Positions 41,628 through 55,187 of a DNA stretch of 64,000 nucleotides are shown here, in pieces. The notes under the pieces are model-generated. The model saw only the letters and a list, made by a program, of their open reading frames with translations, made no database searches and was not told where the DNA came from. The position numbers and the translations under genes were made by a program. The DNA is from Eledone cirrhosa (Eukaryota): the NCBI GenBank assembly GCA_964016885.1, contig OZ024755.1, positions 40,362,001 through 40,426,000 on the forward strand. Direction: 5' to 3'. Position 1 is the first letter of the stretch, and each line of letters begins with the position of its first letter.

Positions 41628-42552
41628 TTAATCTGTTATTTTAATAAATATATATTTATCTATATGGTGGTTTACCACTGGATAGAATTGGTCATTCTAC
41701 AATGTTAAACATGACGTAATATGAGAAAGGCACTCGACGTTATGTAACTCATCCATCTTTGATGTTGAATCATGTTGGTGGTGCGGGAACGGAGTCAAAT
41801 GTGTTGTAAAGTGTTGATACTTCTCGACTTTATCAGTAACTTCACTGGTATGGATAACTAGGAATACATGGCATATATTACGACACTGGCTGGCATTGGA
41901 GACCCTTCTAGCTGCTCCCGGGGCATCGGGGTCTGTCCACCTCCTTGAGTGCTTGGAAATAATTTTAATTTTCCTTTTTTACGGTATACCGTAATACTCG
42001 GAACGATCATGGGTGTATTGGGGGGGGTCACCATTTTCAGTTCTTGTTAACCGCCATACCATACTACTTATATAGTACAGTGCGAGACTCACTCCATAGG
42101 AATATAACATTGAACTACGAGAGGAACCCAAAGATGATAGTGACTTAGCTTAACTAACATTATGTTAAATAATTTTAACCCATAATTTCTTTGAAACTCT
42201 GAAATTTTCTCTACTTGATATGTTTCTAAATTAACCCCGTCTGTTATATACTTTCCGTGAGTGTATAGACCTTAGCTTGACCCAGCAGATTACCATTCTC
42301 TGTAACACGATATTCTTCAGCCCTCCCCCTTTTATGGCCTGCTGTTCGAAGCTTGTTAGAGTTGAGAGGCAGTAGTGATTCACCCGTAGAGTTATACACC
42401 CCTTAGCTACTTAGCAGCTTATACACCACCTGACTGTCTTCTATTTTCCCTTCTTACCTTTTCTGCGCTTCAGTGTCAATCTTCTTTGTCTGCAGGTTGA
42501 ACTACAATCCATATTATTGTATCGGATTCTATTTGATAGTCTAAATCTCTTT

Positions 42553-42611
42553 AAGGAGCTGCTCCAACATGGCCACACTCTACTGATTGAAACCAGTAAA
42601 AAAATAAAGAA
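42553..42611 (+). mobile_element. Isolated SINE/LINE-type 3' tail homologous to the satellite unit
   Basis: TGCTCCAACATGGCCACACTCTACTGATTGAAACCAGTAAAAAAATAAAG. Confidence 0.65.
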
Positions 42612-43243
42612 CGAAATTCATTTAACTTGTGTCAAAGCTCAGCTTTCAATAGAAGCGTCTTATACATATTACATATTTCAATCTGCCAGAATGGAGGAGA
42701 GGAAGCGTGATAAAAATTAAATAAATAAAATAAAAGGCTAGGGGTTTTGGGGGGTTTTTTTTTTAATGTTTGATAAATTCTACCAATTCATCAATTCGAC
42801 ATTCACCATATTGGTGCTGTTATTGAGGAAGCTACTTTTTTTTTAAGAAGAGAAACGTTTTCTTTGAATGTTGTATTTTAATCTTTCTATCCTCGATTTG
42901 ATTCTTTTTTTTTTTATTACATTTGATATAATCCATAACAATTATATCTGTGGTACTTTTGGAATCAGTCGACATCTTTCTTAATGGAGATTGATCTAAA
43001 GAAGTATTTCACTTGAAATTCAAACGGTATAGATGGTGCAACACTGATCGATAGGTGGTGCTAGTGGTAGACGTAGAAGGGTGAGCATGACTTCAGATGT
43101 TCTCTTATTTGTAAGTTGTGTCTTTGCGTCATGTTGGAAATCATAAAGAAATGGTCCTCCGTCGGTTTCGACGATTAAGGTTGCAGTTGTTCGATAAATA
43201 GAACAGCATGCTTGTGAAATTGTAGTGCAAGCCGGTGAGAATG

Positions 43244-43293
<50 letters not shown>

Positions 43294-43374
43294 CAGCTCA
43301 CACCTATGCAGGTTTAGCTGGCCTCCTCCAAGGTATATCTCGTTGGAGGTGTCATGGGTAATTTAATGACTCCA

Positions 43375-43530
43375 GTTCTATCATCTCATATCTACAGCTG
43401 AGAGAACTGGAGCAACGTGAAATAAAGTATCTTGCTCAAGGAAACAACACATCACCCGGTCCGAGAATTGAGCTCACAACCTTTCGATTGCAAGCCCAAT
43501 GCTCTAACCACTAAGCCATGTGCCTTCACG
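43375..43530 (-). mobile_element. tRNA-derived SINE of a second family
   Basis: Minus strand GTGAAGGCACATGGCTTAGTGGTTAGAGCA (A box) ... GAGCTCAATTCTCGG (B-box-like) followed by CCTTGAGCAAGATACTTTATTTCACGTTGCTCCAG. Confidence 0.8.
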
Positions 43531-43616
43531 GTGAGTATTTTACAGGCACGTTTGTATAATGGTAATTATCAAAGAAAACACGAAATCATATAGTATTTAT
43601 TTTGTGTGTGTGTGTG

Positions 43617-43688
<72 letters not shown>

Positions 43689-43880
43689 ACAGAATGTGTG
43701 TATATACATATATGTATATGTGTGTGTTTGTGTGTCAAGGCACTGTGTCGTTTGCTTTGTTATTTCTGTTAACATTACACACACACACACAGATGTGTAT
43801 GTACATATAGATGTATGAATATATATATTTATCTCTCTATATATGTGTGTGTGTGTTTCTACATATATTATATTACTAAG

Positions 43881-44062
43881 TGGATTGGCAGTATCGGTAG
43901 AGGGTCGGACGCCATGCTTTGACGCATAGAGTTACGGCCCTTGCCATTCTGAGTTCAAATCCCGCCGAGGTTAACTTTGCCTTTCATCCTTACGGGGTCG
44001 ATAAAATAAAGTACCAGTAATGTACTGGGATAATTGCTGGCCTTGTGCCAAAAGTAGAAACA
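43881..44062 (+). mobile_element. Full-length tRNA-derived SINE with 14-bp TSD ATTATATTACTAAG
   Basis: A box TGGCAGTATCGG and B box GAGTTCAAATCC. TSD at 43867-43880 and 44063-44076. Confidence 0.95.
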
Positions 44063-44254
44063 ATTATATTACTAAGATTGTTTTAAGTTGCCACTCAGAG
44101 TTTCGCGGATTTCCGCTGATCATGTAACTGGGAGTGATACAATGGTTGTGTCTAGATAGAACTGACAGTTTATTCTAATCAAACTCGTTTTTACTAAATA
44201 CATGTTACTAAGAAGAGATATAGTGTATTTATACTGCCACTTACTTCGATCTTC

Positions 44255-44430
44255 TTCTTAGAAGTAAATTCTGGTGGAATTGCTGGGGTGTTTTAGAGGC
44301 ATACGGTGTTTCCTGGGGATTTTCTTTTAAAACCTGGTGGAGCACATCTTCTCTCCAGTCCGTTTCCTTGCGGTGAAGACGAGCGAGTGACAGAGGGAAA
44401 GTGAGATAGAGATATAAAGGAAGAATTGAA
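44255..44430 (-). mobile_element. Single-unit homolog of the repeat that hosts the 31-bp minisatellite
   Basis: Shares TCTTCCTTTATATCTCT, GA(C)CTGGAGAG..GCTCCACCA.GTTT and CACCGTATG..CACCCCA with 39560-40030. Confidence 0.6.
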
Positions 44431-44435
44431 CCCCT

Positions 44436-44682
<247 letters not shown>

Positions 44683-44965
44683 GTTATATATATATATATA
44701 TATATATATAAGAAGAAATTAAAAGATGGTTAAAAGATGGTTATATATGAATGTATGTACAGTATATTTGGTAATATACTGTAGGTTTATTTAAAAACAT
44801 TTTGGAGCCGATTCGGTATGAGTTTTAAAGTAATGACTACGTCACTTACATATGTTTTTAGCGGCACGAGTATGGGACGTGCTAGGCGCTGTGACACATG
44901 TGCGTTCAACAACACATTTCTCTCAGTCTTCTTAAGTATTTTGAAGTGAAACTTACCAATTTCTG

Positions 44966-45042
44966 GATACCTGCAGAAGAGCACAGGAATAGGAACTTTC
45001 ACTTAATTGTTGCGAAACAAATTTAAAATTTGTCCAGGTATC
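44966..45042 (+). ncRNA. Type I hammerhead variant with CAGAAGA core and GUC site
   Basis: GATACCTG-CAGAAGA-GCA...TGC-GAA-ACAAATT(taa)AATTTGT-C-CAGGTATC: perfect 8-bp stem I and 7-bp stem III. Confidence 0.8.
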
Positions 45043-45280
45043 ACGGCTATTGCCAATATAGGTTTGTTTTTATTGATTTATTATTTTAAATCGAGACAGG
45101 CAAACCGTATTATTTTAATTAGTATTTTTCAATCTAGCTAACTTGGTCATTTGCAATGAGAACACATGTATACTAGTATCAGTCTTTATCCCGCTCATAT
45201 ATTCATTTGTATTACACGGCTCAGAAATATTCCTATCTTTGAGCTATTTAATTGAAAAAGACTATTTGAGTTTATAACTC

Positions 45281-45312
<32 letters not shown>

Positions 45313-45319
45313 TGTTATA

Positions 45320-45397
<78 letters not shown>

Positions 45398-45401
45398 TAT
45401 A

Positions 45402-45436
<35 letters not shown>

Positions 45437-45812
45437 CAAATAACGAAACGAAATTAAATTTCGCTTCGTTTGTAACTCACTTTTGTATGACTGACGCTTA
45501 AACAATTAAGTTAAAAATGTACATCTACATATGCATACTGAAATACTAGTATGCATATGAATACACACACGTATACATATGTAGATGTACCAAGTCTTTC
45601 ACTGGTTACTTTACTGTGAGCAACCCAGCTATTCTGTATGTAAACACACAGACAAACCGGTTTTTAGAGTCATACTGGTTTTCGAGGAAACGCCTTTCCT
45701 CTATTCTCCAGAAAGCCAGACAAGGAATATTGAATAAAAAACCGGTTTTCATAGAAAAAGCATATAACGATATGTGCTTTTACGATTCTCCAGAAAGGCC
45801 GGTAGATAGGTA

Positions 45813-45857
45813 AATATTGCTGATGAGTTGTAACAACAACGAAACTAGTTCAATATT
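45813..45857 (+). ncRNA. Minimal type I hammerhead ribozyme (copy 1)
   Basis: AATATTG-CTGATGA-GTTG(taacaa)CAAC-GAAA-CTAG-TT-CAATATT; canonical core and perfect stems I and II. Confidence 0.9.
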
Positions 45858-46279
45858 CCTTGTCTGGCTTTCTGGAGAATAGAGGAAAGGCGTTTCCTCG
45901 AAAACCAGTATGACTCTAAAAACCGGTTTGTCTGTGTGTTTACATACAGAATAGCTGGGTTGCTCACAGTAAAGTAACCAGTGAAAGACTTGGTACATCT
46001 ACATATGTATACGTGTGTGTATTCATATGCATACTAGTATTTCAGTATGCATATGTAGATGTACATTTTTAACTTAATTGTTTAAGCGTCAGTCATACAA
46101 AAGTGAGTTACAAACGAAGCGAAATTTAATTTCGTTTCGTTATTTGTTTTTATCGTCTCCGCTGAACCGGTGCGTACTCACACTCTATGCAAATTAGTCT
46201 GCCCACTACTAATTTTCATAGAAAAAGCATATAACGATATGTGCTTTTACGATTCTCCAGAAAGGCCGGTAGATAGGTA

Positions 46280-46324
46280 AATATTGCTGATGAGTTGTAA
46301 CAACAACGAAACTAGTTCAATATT
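46280..46324 (+). ncRNA. Minimal type I hammerhead ribozyme (copy 2)
   Basis: Identical to 45813-45857, 467 bp downstream. Confidence 0.9.
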
Positions 46325-46578
46325 CCTTGTCTGGCTTTCTGGAGAATAGAGGAAAGGCGTTTCCTCGAAAACCAGTATGACTCTAAAAACCGGTTTGTCT
46401 GTGTGTTTACATACAGAATAGCTGGGTTGCTCACAGTAAAGTAACCAGTGAAAGACTTGGTACATCTACATATGTATACGTGTGTGTATTCATATGCATA
46501 CTAGTATTTCAGTATGCATATGTAGATGTACATTTTTAACTTAATTGTTTATATATATATATATATATATATAAGTAT

Positions 46579-46630
<52 letters not shown>

Positions 46631-46803
46631 AGATCAAAAGATGGTTAAAGGAGTTCAATATATTTTATTATGCGCATTTCAAAAACAAACATCATCAAAC
46701 AATAATATTTGTGTTTTCACATATACTCCAGTCCCACAAACTGTAGAGTGCTTCTTATCCGATATCTGCATTGCTTTATTGTACTACAATAAAACTCACC
46801 TCC

Positions 46804-46844
<41 letters not shown>

Positions 46845-46847
46845 ATA

Positions 46848-46892
<45 letters not shown>

Positions 46893-46895
46893 ATA

Positions 46896-46985
<90 letters not shown>

Positions 46986-47141
46986 AGAGAACAGCCGAGA
47001 CATATCCGAAGAAACTTCGACCTTATATCCTTCACTATAGTCGTTCTCTACTCCTTGTAATTGAAAACATAACCCCTTTTCATGTTTTCTTTATATACTG
47101 TGTCATTAAGAGCCCGGTAATTATTCCTTGAGCTCATAAAA

Positions 47142-47786
47142 TTTGGAAGCCTCGACAATGCAGATGGGTAAATCTCCGGGTAACAAGATCCGGTAGTGGA
47201 GAGAGAGATGTAAGTGGGTGTACGTTGAGATGCGTGGCGTGTATAAGACTGTAACGTGTAGAGAATGAAGGAAAGAGTTTAAAGAATAAAAATAAAAATA
47301 ACACGAGAAAGAGTTACTTTGGGAGAGATTTAATTGTCCCTGTATATTTCGGATTCACATCCATCAACTGGGGGTTTTTCCCGGGGGTAGCACAATCCGG
47401 CCGTTACACAACCGGATCAAGGAACACACTAAAACCAGAGCCTCGTCTTTCCGGAAACACATAGCCAAATGCGGAAACAAAGACGGAAGGCCCATTGTCA
47501 CAATTCTAGCGACAGAAAGAAACATCGGCACGTTACGTATCAAGGAAGCACTTTGGATCAAACGCCTAGGGCCACAATTAAACAACCGATCCGTGAGAAG
47601 CGAAATGAGGTGGTTGGTTTAAGTTAACAAACGATGCAGCAACACACGCACACACACACACAAGCGAGACAGCAACACACTCACACACACACACAGTAGC
47701 ATTCCATCATACGAACATACTACACTGCCAATACAGAGGAACAAGGCAACAACACACGCACACACACACACTCAAGCGAGACAACA

Positions 47787-47819
<33 letters not shown>

Positions 47820-48263
47820 GTAACATTCACCAAACAGGCAGAGAATGGACTGACAGCTATCGCCACCCACTCCCACAATTGAAAGCACTACTTCGGCCGC
47901 TGACCTCTGCCTGACCGACCCCATTTCACGCGCACGCGTGCTCTGCTGAATACCTCAGATATTCAAAACAACGAACAGCGGAGGACACGTTTCGCACCTT
48001 TTCGACAGACCCCCCCCCCCCCCCGAAAAAACCCCACTTGATGGATGTGAATCCGAAATATATAGGGACAATTAAATCTCTCCCAAGGTAACTCTTTCTC
48101 GTGTTATTTTTATTTTTATCCTTTACGCTCTTTCCTTCATTCTCTACACGTTACAGTCTTATACACGCCACGCATCTCAACGTACACCCACTTACATCTC
48201 TCTCTCCACCACCGGATCCTGTTACCCGGAGATTTACCCATCTGCATTGTCGAGGCTTCCAAA
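47142..48263 (+). mobile_element. 5'-truncated Penelope-like element with ~240-bp inverted pseudo-LTRs
   Basis: Inverted arms 47142-47380 and about 48025-48263 flank a GIY-YIG C-terminal fragment. Confidence 0.8.
47386..47622 (+). pseudogene. C-terminal half of a GIY-YIG endonuclease (PLE type)
   Basis: Manual translation: GSTIRPLHNRIKEHTKTRASSFRKHIAKC...ILATERNIGTLRIKEALWIKRLGPQLNNR...*. It shows the conserved R..EH, catalytic E (KEALWI) and P.LN motifs and is absent from the ORF track because it has no start codon. Confidence 0.8.
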
Positions 48264-49006
48264 CGACTTAAAGAAATTTACCTTATTATTCCACAATGCT
48301 TCAAGCAAACTTCAATACTCTCATATATATATATATACACACACATTCTCACACGTACACACTCACACTCTTTAAAACTGTGACAGACAGGCTAAATCAC
48401 ACACATGCCACCACCACCACCCCAACACACACTCACATATGTGTATCTTTTTATATATACACTCGCATACTCCCTAAAACCATATCCCCAAAATAGAATT
48501 TCTTTTACAACCCTACTTTTGCCAATCCCATTGAATTTGTCTCCAACTTACAATTTCTTCTTCGTCATTCCCATCTGAACTCTTGACCAGTCCACTAACA
48601 CAATTGAGATGTTCTATGTGAAGGAATACAGCTACCACCACTGCTGCTGCTGCTACCACCACCTCTCTCTATACGCAAGAATTCATTTTCCAGTCTCCTT
48701 CTCAACAAGGAAGATATAAAAACTTACCTTAAAACTTAATTTTAAATCTTTAATTTTTAGTTTTTAATCCTTATTAATTCTTTTTAATTGTAATACTCAA
48801 TATTTGATAAAATGAATTTTACTAATACATTGAAGGTGGTAATACTTTATAAACTTTATCCCTCTCATTTTTTCAATAATGCCACTTTTCAATAATGCCA
48901 CTTTGACGAATCAAAGAAAAGAAAAAAAAAAGAAAAAGTGACCCTTGAATATATTTTCAGTGCTATTTCCAATCTCTCTCTCTTTCTCTCTTTCTCTTTC
49001 TCTCTT

Positions 49007-49094
<88 letters not shown>

Positions 49095-49384
49095 GAAAAG
49101 AATGATTTCACTTGTAGTTCTAAACAATTTCATTTAATTTTATAATATTATTATAATTTTACAATTTGGTTTTGTAGATCTAGCAAGTACTTTGTTAACT
49201 TCAGTGGATTTTAAAAGATTCCTGGAGAACTTTCTCGCATTTGTCGGTGGCGATTGCCAAACTGATCTCAGGTTGTGTTGTGATGTGTGACTCTATATAT
49301 CAGAGATTTGGATGTGTCTGGGGCGCATAGTTGTTAATGAGTGTCGCAATGAAGGAGTGTTGATGAAGATTTAAAGGAATTAAA

Positions 49385-49432
<48 letters not shown>

Positions 49433-49815
49433 CCTATCTGCTGATATGCAAATCTGGCTGATCAGTGGAGCGGATCTGCTAATATGCAGATCTGATTGAT
49501 CTGCCAGTCTGCTAATATGCAAACCAGGCCGATCAGTCACTATATTTTAGAAAATATCATATATTTTCACTAGCTGTGACAGTTGGCAGGTGAACAATAA
49601 ACTACACTGATGAAGCGTAATCGCCCATAAAAATTAATGTCTGCAGTTCTGTTTACATGCCAACACAAGAACAAGAATGAAAGGACTTTAAAGACAGGAC
49701 TTTAAAGAGGTTGTTTCATAATTGCAAAGGACACGAATATTATTATTAATATTCGAAAAACTCAGATTACATTTATTGTATTCAGCCATGTAGAGCGAAA
49801 TTTTTTGTTAGTTAT

Positions 49816-49940
<125 letters not shown>

Positions 49941-50488
49941 AGAAAATAGTGAATGGTAACAGCAAGATAATTCATTGGGAGTGGAGATGAGGGATGTTCG
50001 GGTGTTTAAAGAGTGTTTTAGAAATGGGTTGTAAAAGTGCCCTCCTGCTTGTTCCATTTCAATAAATTTCCTTTCATGAATATAATGGCAGCATGTTTTT
50101 CAAATTCTTTTCCTATAGCTATTAAATATTTTCTATATTAAAGATGAATTGTGGCGGCGGCGGCGGTTAATGAGGTGTAAGATACATGTCTTTTGATAAG
50201 AATGGGATGACAGTTAAAAGAGAAAAGAACGATAGTTTGGGAATATTTGTCAGAAATGTATGTTGTTGATATTGATTTGGGAGGGGAGGTGGAGGATTAT
50301 GCTAGCTCACATATTTACTTCCCTACTTACATACAGCCCATGTACATATACATACACACACACATACATATATACACACACACATATATATATATACACA
50401 CACACATATATATATACACACACACACACGCACATATATACACATACATACACACATACATACACACATATGCATATATATATATATA

Positions 50489-50547
50489 CTCTTTTACTCT
50501 TTTACCTGTTTCAGCCATCCGGCTGAGGCCATGCTGGGGCACCGCCC

Positions 50548-50548
<1 letters not shown>
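50489..50548 (-). mobile_element. SINE/LINE-type 3' tail with (GTAAAAGA)n end, homologous to the satellite unit
   Basis: Minus strand GGCGGTGCCCCAGCATGGCCTCAGCCGGATGGCTGAAACAGGTAAAAGAGTAAAAGAG. Confidence 0.75.
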
Positions 50549-50579
<31 letters not shown>

Positions 50580-50965
50580 CATATTTATAGATACACACAT
50601 ACATGCATATATACATACACACACATGCATTTACATACCTGTACACCTACAGACATACATACATATACATATACATACACATCTACACCCACATATGTAT
50701 ACACATCTATTCAAGTATTTAAGTTCACATATACATTGGGTGGGGGAATTAGTGAAATGTTATAGTACCTCCCAGGGTTGTTCTCTTCACCGATTGAATG
50801 TTTGAAAGTACGAGTGTCATCAACTTCCAGGAAATCTTTAAAAATCAGGAATCTTTAAAAACTCCCCACTGAAGTTAACAAAGAACTTACTAGATCTACA
50901 AAACCAAATTGTAAAATTATAATATAAAATTAAATTAAATTGTTTAGAACTACAAGTGAAGTAAT

Positions 50966-51002
<37 letters not shown>

Positions 51003-51178
51003 GTTCAATAGTAACCAATCTTAAAGAGAGAGATTGAGATAGTAGAGGAGATATGAGAGGAAAGATTGGTGAGTTAGTTAGAAGCCAAAGCGTAAAGGCA
51101 TGTGCTCAATGTGCAATATGCAGTAGAAAGCAGCGAGGTGGCTGGGTTCATGCAGAGGTTAGGTGCGCAGAGCTGGAA

Positions 51179-51505
51179 ATATTCATTAGTTAAGCAAAAC
51201 AAGACCACAAATTTCACATGGAAGACATTATTAAAAGATTGTCAACATATTTAGTTTGATGTAAGCAATGTAGAGAATAATAATAATAATAATATTAATA
51301 ATAATAATGCCCGTTTACAATTGTTTCGCTACTCCGTATAATATTTCTGGATCAGATGACTATGTATCATAATTGAACGGGCATTATTATTATTAATATT
51401 ATTATTATTATTATTCTCTACATTGCTTACATCAAACTAAATATGTTGACAATCTTTTAATAATGTCTTCCTTGTGAAATTTGTGGTCTTGTTTTGCTTA
51501 ACTAA

Positions 51506-51512
<7 letters not shown>
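51179..51512. mobile_element. Fold-back element (arms 51179-51315 and 51376-51512) with a half-hammerhead in the spacer
   Basis: Near-perfect 137-bp arms. The minus strand has GAAA-CAATTG-TA directly before the arm. Confidence 0.7.
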
Positions 51513-51586
<74 letters not shown>

Positions 51587-51809
51587 GAAAATTAGAGTTA
51601 AAACTCAATTGGAACCCTGTAACTATTAAGCTCCAAGTATAAAAATACTGAGCCGATTAATAATATATAGTAAGAAACACAGTAAACCGTGTGTCTAAAA
51701 TTACAAGGGTTGAAAAACCACATTTGTTTGAAATATTTAACCAAGAAGCAGACAGAATGATAAAATAAAAATATATTATTATACAAACCGATATATATAT
51801 ATATATATA

Positions 51810-52047
51810 TTTCGTTTCTGAATTTGTTTAGCAAGATTCTTTATCTGAAAACGTGTGTTGAAACCGATATTGTTATACTTTGGGAGGGTCATGTTGCCAA
51901 TAAGAAACACACGCACCAATTGCTTTCACTCCAACCAGAAATTTATAAATTCTTAAATTTATAAATTTAATTTATAATAAATCGGAGTGAACTCTACTGG
52001 TGCGTGTGTTTCTTACTGGCAACATGACCCCCCCCCCCCCCAAGTAT

Positions 52048-52055
<8 letters not shown>
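51810..52055 (+). mobile_element. Fold-back element of the TTGTTATACTT family
   Basis: Inverted arms about 51868-51932 and 51983-52055. Homologs are at 61381-61630 and 54468-54820. Confidence 0.75.
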
Positions 52056-52113
<58 letters not shown>

Positions 52114-52229
52114 GGTAAATAGAAATAACAACACAATCGGTACAGTATATGAAAGGTATATATATATATTAAGTTAACGCTTGATATAACAGGAAGAGGG
52201 TCTTAACTTTCGGACGCTAGTCTTTCATC

Positions 52230-52334
<105 letters not shown>

Positions 52335-52400
52335 ATTAAATTAACAATGAAAATAAAGACAAGTTGTTTTACCTATTCATATCATTATTTTACGATCGTT

Positions 52401-52471
52401 ACGGGGTCGATAAAATAAAGTACCAGTAATGCACTGGGATAATTGCTGGCATTGTGCCTAAAGTAGAAACA
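52401..52471 (+). mobile_element. 5'-truncated SINE with 17-bp TSD ATTATTTTACGATCGTT
   Basis: TSD at 52384-52400 and 52472-52488; matches the 3' half of the 43881 SINE. Confidence 0.92.
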
Positions 52472-52744
52472 ATTATTTTACGATCGTTTCGAAGGATTGA
52501 TCATATTGACATATTGTCTGATCTGTAGCAGTTATATAACTGTATACTATCAGATCCCATATATAGGTTCGATCAGACCGTTAAGGGTGAAAGCAGTGAT
52601 TCTTTGCTTAGACTTTAATCTGTTATTTTAGTATATATATATATATAAAGAAAGAGAGAAAGAACGTGACGCGCTGAAGATAAAATTGTTGCTGCTTTTA
52701 AGTTCCACGACGAGATGAGTTGGAAGATACCAAGACAAGATAAT

Positions 52745-52925
52745 TGTTTCTACTTTAGGCACAAGGCCAGCAATTAACCAGTGCATTACTGGTACTTTAT
52801 TTTATTGACTCCGTAAGGATGAAAGGCAAAGTTAACTTCGGCGGGATTTGAACTCAGAATGGCAAGGACCGTAACTCTATGCGTCAAAGCATGGCGTCCG
52901 ACCCTCTACCGATACTGCCAATCCA
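52745..52925 (-). mobile_element. Full-length SINE with 16-bp TSD ACCAAG(A/T)CAAGATAAT
   Basis: TSD at 52729-52744 and 52926-52941; near-identical to the 43881 copy. Confidence 0.95.
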
Positions 52926-53679
52926 ACCAAGTCAAGATAATAGTTATGTGATAGGTATGGAGATATGTTGCAGTAAAACAGGAAACTTAACAAAAGAAAA
53001 GAAAGGGATCCACATGCGTCACAGATGATATTGTTGACAACAATTACCTGCCCATGGTGTCTTCGTCTCCATGACTAACTGGCTCTTTTTGTCACTGAGA
53101 ATGTTTGACTGTTTTGTCAGACATCGTGACTCCGAATAAACCAGAAGTACCATCGGTTGGGTTCGAAACTGTGTCCGTACATTCAACAGCTGATGACCGC
53201 GGGTTTTGCCATCATTACAATATAATTCGTGACGTACGTAACTTCTCCCGTTTTCTTTTGTTAAGTTATATATATTTTTTTCCTCTCACAACCTCACTCA
53301 AGAATAAAATAATATTAAACGAATAAAACAAACCCATATAATTATGCTTTCCTAGGCTGACGATTCGTAGACAGTAAAATGTAGAATGCTGCTGCTGTTG
53401 TTCCTACTGCTGACGTTAAATCGTGCCAAACATGCAGTGGAGAATATTTGCATATAATTTGCTTCTCCTCATGAATCTCATTTGCCGCCATGTCAATTTA
53501 GGAAGTCGGTATCAACTTCCTGTTTGTCAAGTCAATATTCTTAATTGGGTTCATGACCACATCGGGGTGGTGAGAGACAAGTAATAACTTATCTAAAACC
53601 ACCTCCAATAATATACTTCCATTGATCAATAACTACCCAATCATTACACATCAAAAACCAACAGAACTCAAATTAAATT

Positions 53680-53745
53680 AAACACGCACCCACACACAGA
53701 CACACACACACAGGCACAGGCATACACACACACATACACACACAG

Positions 53746-53819
<74 letters not shown>

Positions 53820-54017
53820 ACACACACACACAGACAGACACACAGACACAGACATACACATACACACACATACACACACACAGACACAGACACAGACATA
53901 CAGACACACAGGCATACACACACACACACAGGCATACACACATACACACAGACATACACACACACACAGACACGCACGCACACTGACACACACGCACACA
54001 CACACACACAGACGCAC
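53680..54017. repeat. Imperfect (CA)n microsatellite
   Basis: Directly visible. Confidence 0.95.
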
Positions 54018-54132
54018 GGATAGAGATTACTCTCCACCCCTTAAATCAAAATCGGTCGCTATTGATACAGAGTTAAAATGTAATTAAATCGATATTTGTT
54101 CCAGCCTGATATTTCGCTTACAGGTAAAAAAA

Positions 54133-54400
54133 TCTTTTACTTTCTGACTGGTTTCCTTCATTAATTAGACTTGGCCATGCTGGGGCATCGGCTTAAAGGA
54201 TTTATTTCACAATACTGATTCATCAATCTTTTTTAGTCGAAACGCTAGTTATGACACATAAACAAATAGTAAATGCAAACATCGATACGCACACAGGTAC
54301 ACACATACACAGACACATACACACACGTGTATGTGTGTGTATGTGTGTATCGATGTTTGCATTTACTATTTGTTTATATGTCATAACTATCGTTTCGACA
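54133..54400. mobile_element. Degenerate minus-strand SINE tail (54133-54198) followed by a fold-back (54236-54293 / 54341-54399)
   Basis: TTAGACTTGGCCATGCTGGGGCA matches the satellite unit in reverse; ~60-bp inverted arms follow. Confidence 0.6.
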
Positions 54401-54467
54401 ATAAAAGACGTGTGCTTGTGTGTGCTGTGAATGTACAGTGTGTATATATATATATGCCTATATATAT

Positions 54468-54819
54468 ATTGTTATACTTGGGGAGGGTCATATTTGTGTA
54501 ATATTGCCAGAATTAATAACAGAACACACTCACTGTTTGGTTGGTTTTCGCTTTTCGCTTCTGTGTCTTTTATATCGGTAATCTAATTTATTCGGTCCTC
54601 AATGTTGCCATTGACCGACCGACGGTCAAATATAATAGATACAATATAGACACAAACACATATATATAGTTTATCACAGAAGCGAAAAGCGAAAATCAAC
54701 CAAACAGTGAGTGTGTTCTGTTATTAATTCTGGCAATATTACACAAATATGACCCTCCCCAAGTTTAACAATATTTGTTTCGACACACGATTTCATATAA
54801 AAAACCTCGCAAAACTAAT

Positions 54820-54820
<1 letters not shown>
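54468..54820 (-). mobile_element. Diverged fold-back element of the TTGTTATACTT family
   Basis: Inverted arms about 54468-54566 and 54675-54773 start ATTGTTATACTTGGGGAGGGTCAT. Confidence 0.7.
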
Positions 54821-54821
<1 letters not shown>

Positions 54822-54866
<45 letters not shown>

Positions 54867-54943
54867 GCCTATATTTATGCCTATATTTATATATATATCT
54901 ATGCCTATATATATATATATATATATGCCTATATATATATATA

Positions 54944-54984
<41 letters not shown>

Positions 54985-55040
54985 ATATATATATATATAT
55001 ATATGCCTATATATATATATATATATGCCTATATATATAT

Positions 55041-55085
<45 letters not shown>

Positions 55086-55087
55086 TA

Positions 55088-55118
<31 letters not shown>

Positions 55119-55145
55119 GCCTATATATATATATATATATATATG

Positions 55146-55187
<42 letters not shown>

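Larger units (their letters stand above)
45432..46550 (+). mobile_element. Non-coding retrozyme/PLE-like element: 467-bp tandem unit with two hammerheads and a 5' inverted arm, in (TA)n
   Basis: About 45746-46083 repeats at about 46213-46550. 45432-45734 is the reverse complement of 45849-46152. Confidence 0.85.

Noticed and set aside
43881-43970. tRNA gene
   Set aside because: It is a SINE head: extended A-B box spacing, no cloverleaf, followed by a SINE body and flanked by TSDs.
44241-44370. Minus-strand exon-like ORF ETDWREDVLHQ...
   Set aside because: The sequence is homologous to the dispersed repeat at 39560-40030.
44957-44970. Minus-strand 14-nt microexon (ctgcag|GTATCCAGAAATTG|gtaagt)
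   Set aside because: It overlaps stem I of the 44966 hammerhead in a repeat family and no partner exons were found. It cannot be fully excluded without RNA-seq.
47978-48015. Minus-strand CTGTCGA...GAAACGTGTC hammerhead-like string
   Set aside because: The core is mutated and there is no stem II pairing.
49606-49635. CTGATGA followed by a GCG/CGC hairpin as a hammerhead
   Set aside because: There is no GAAA and no stem I partner.
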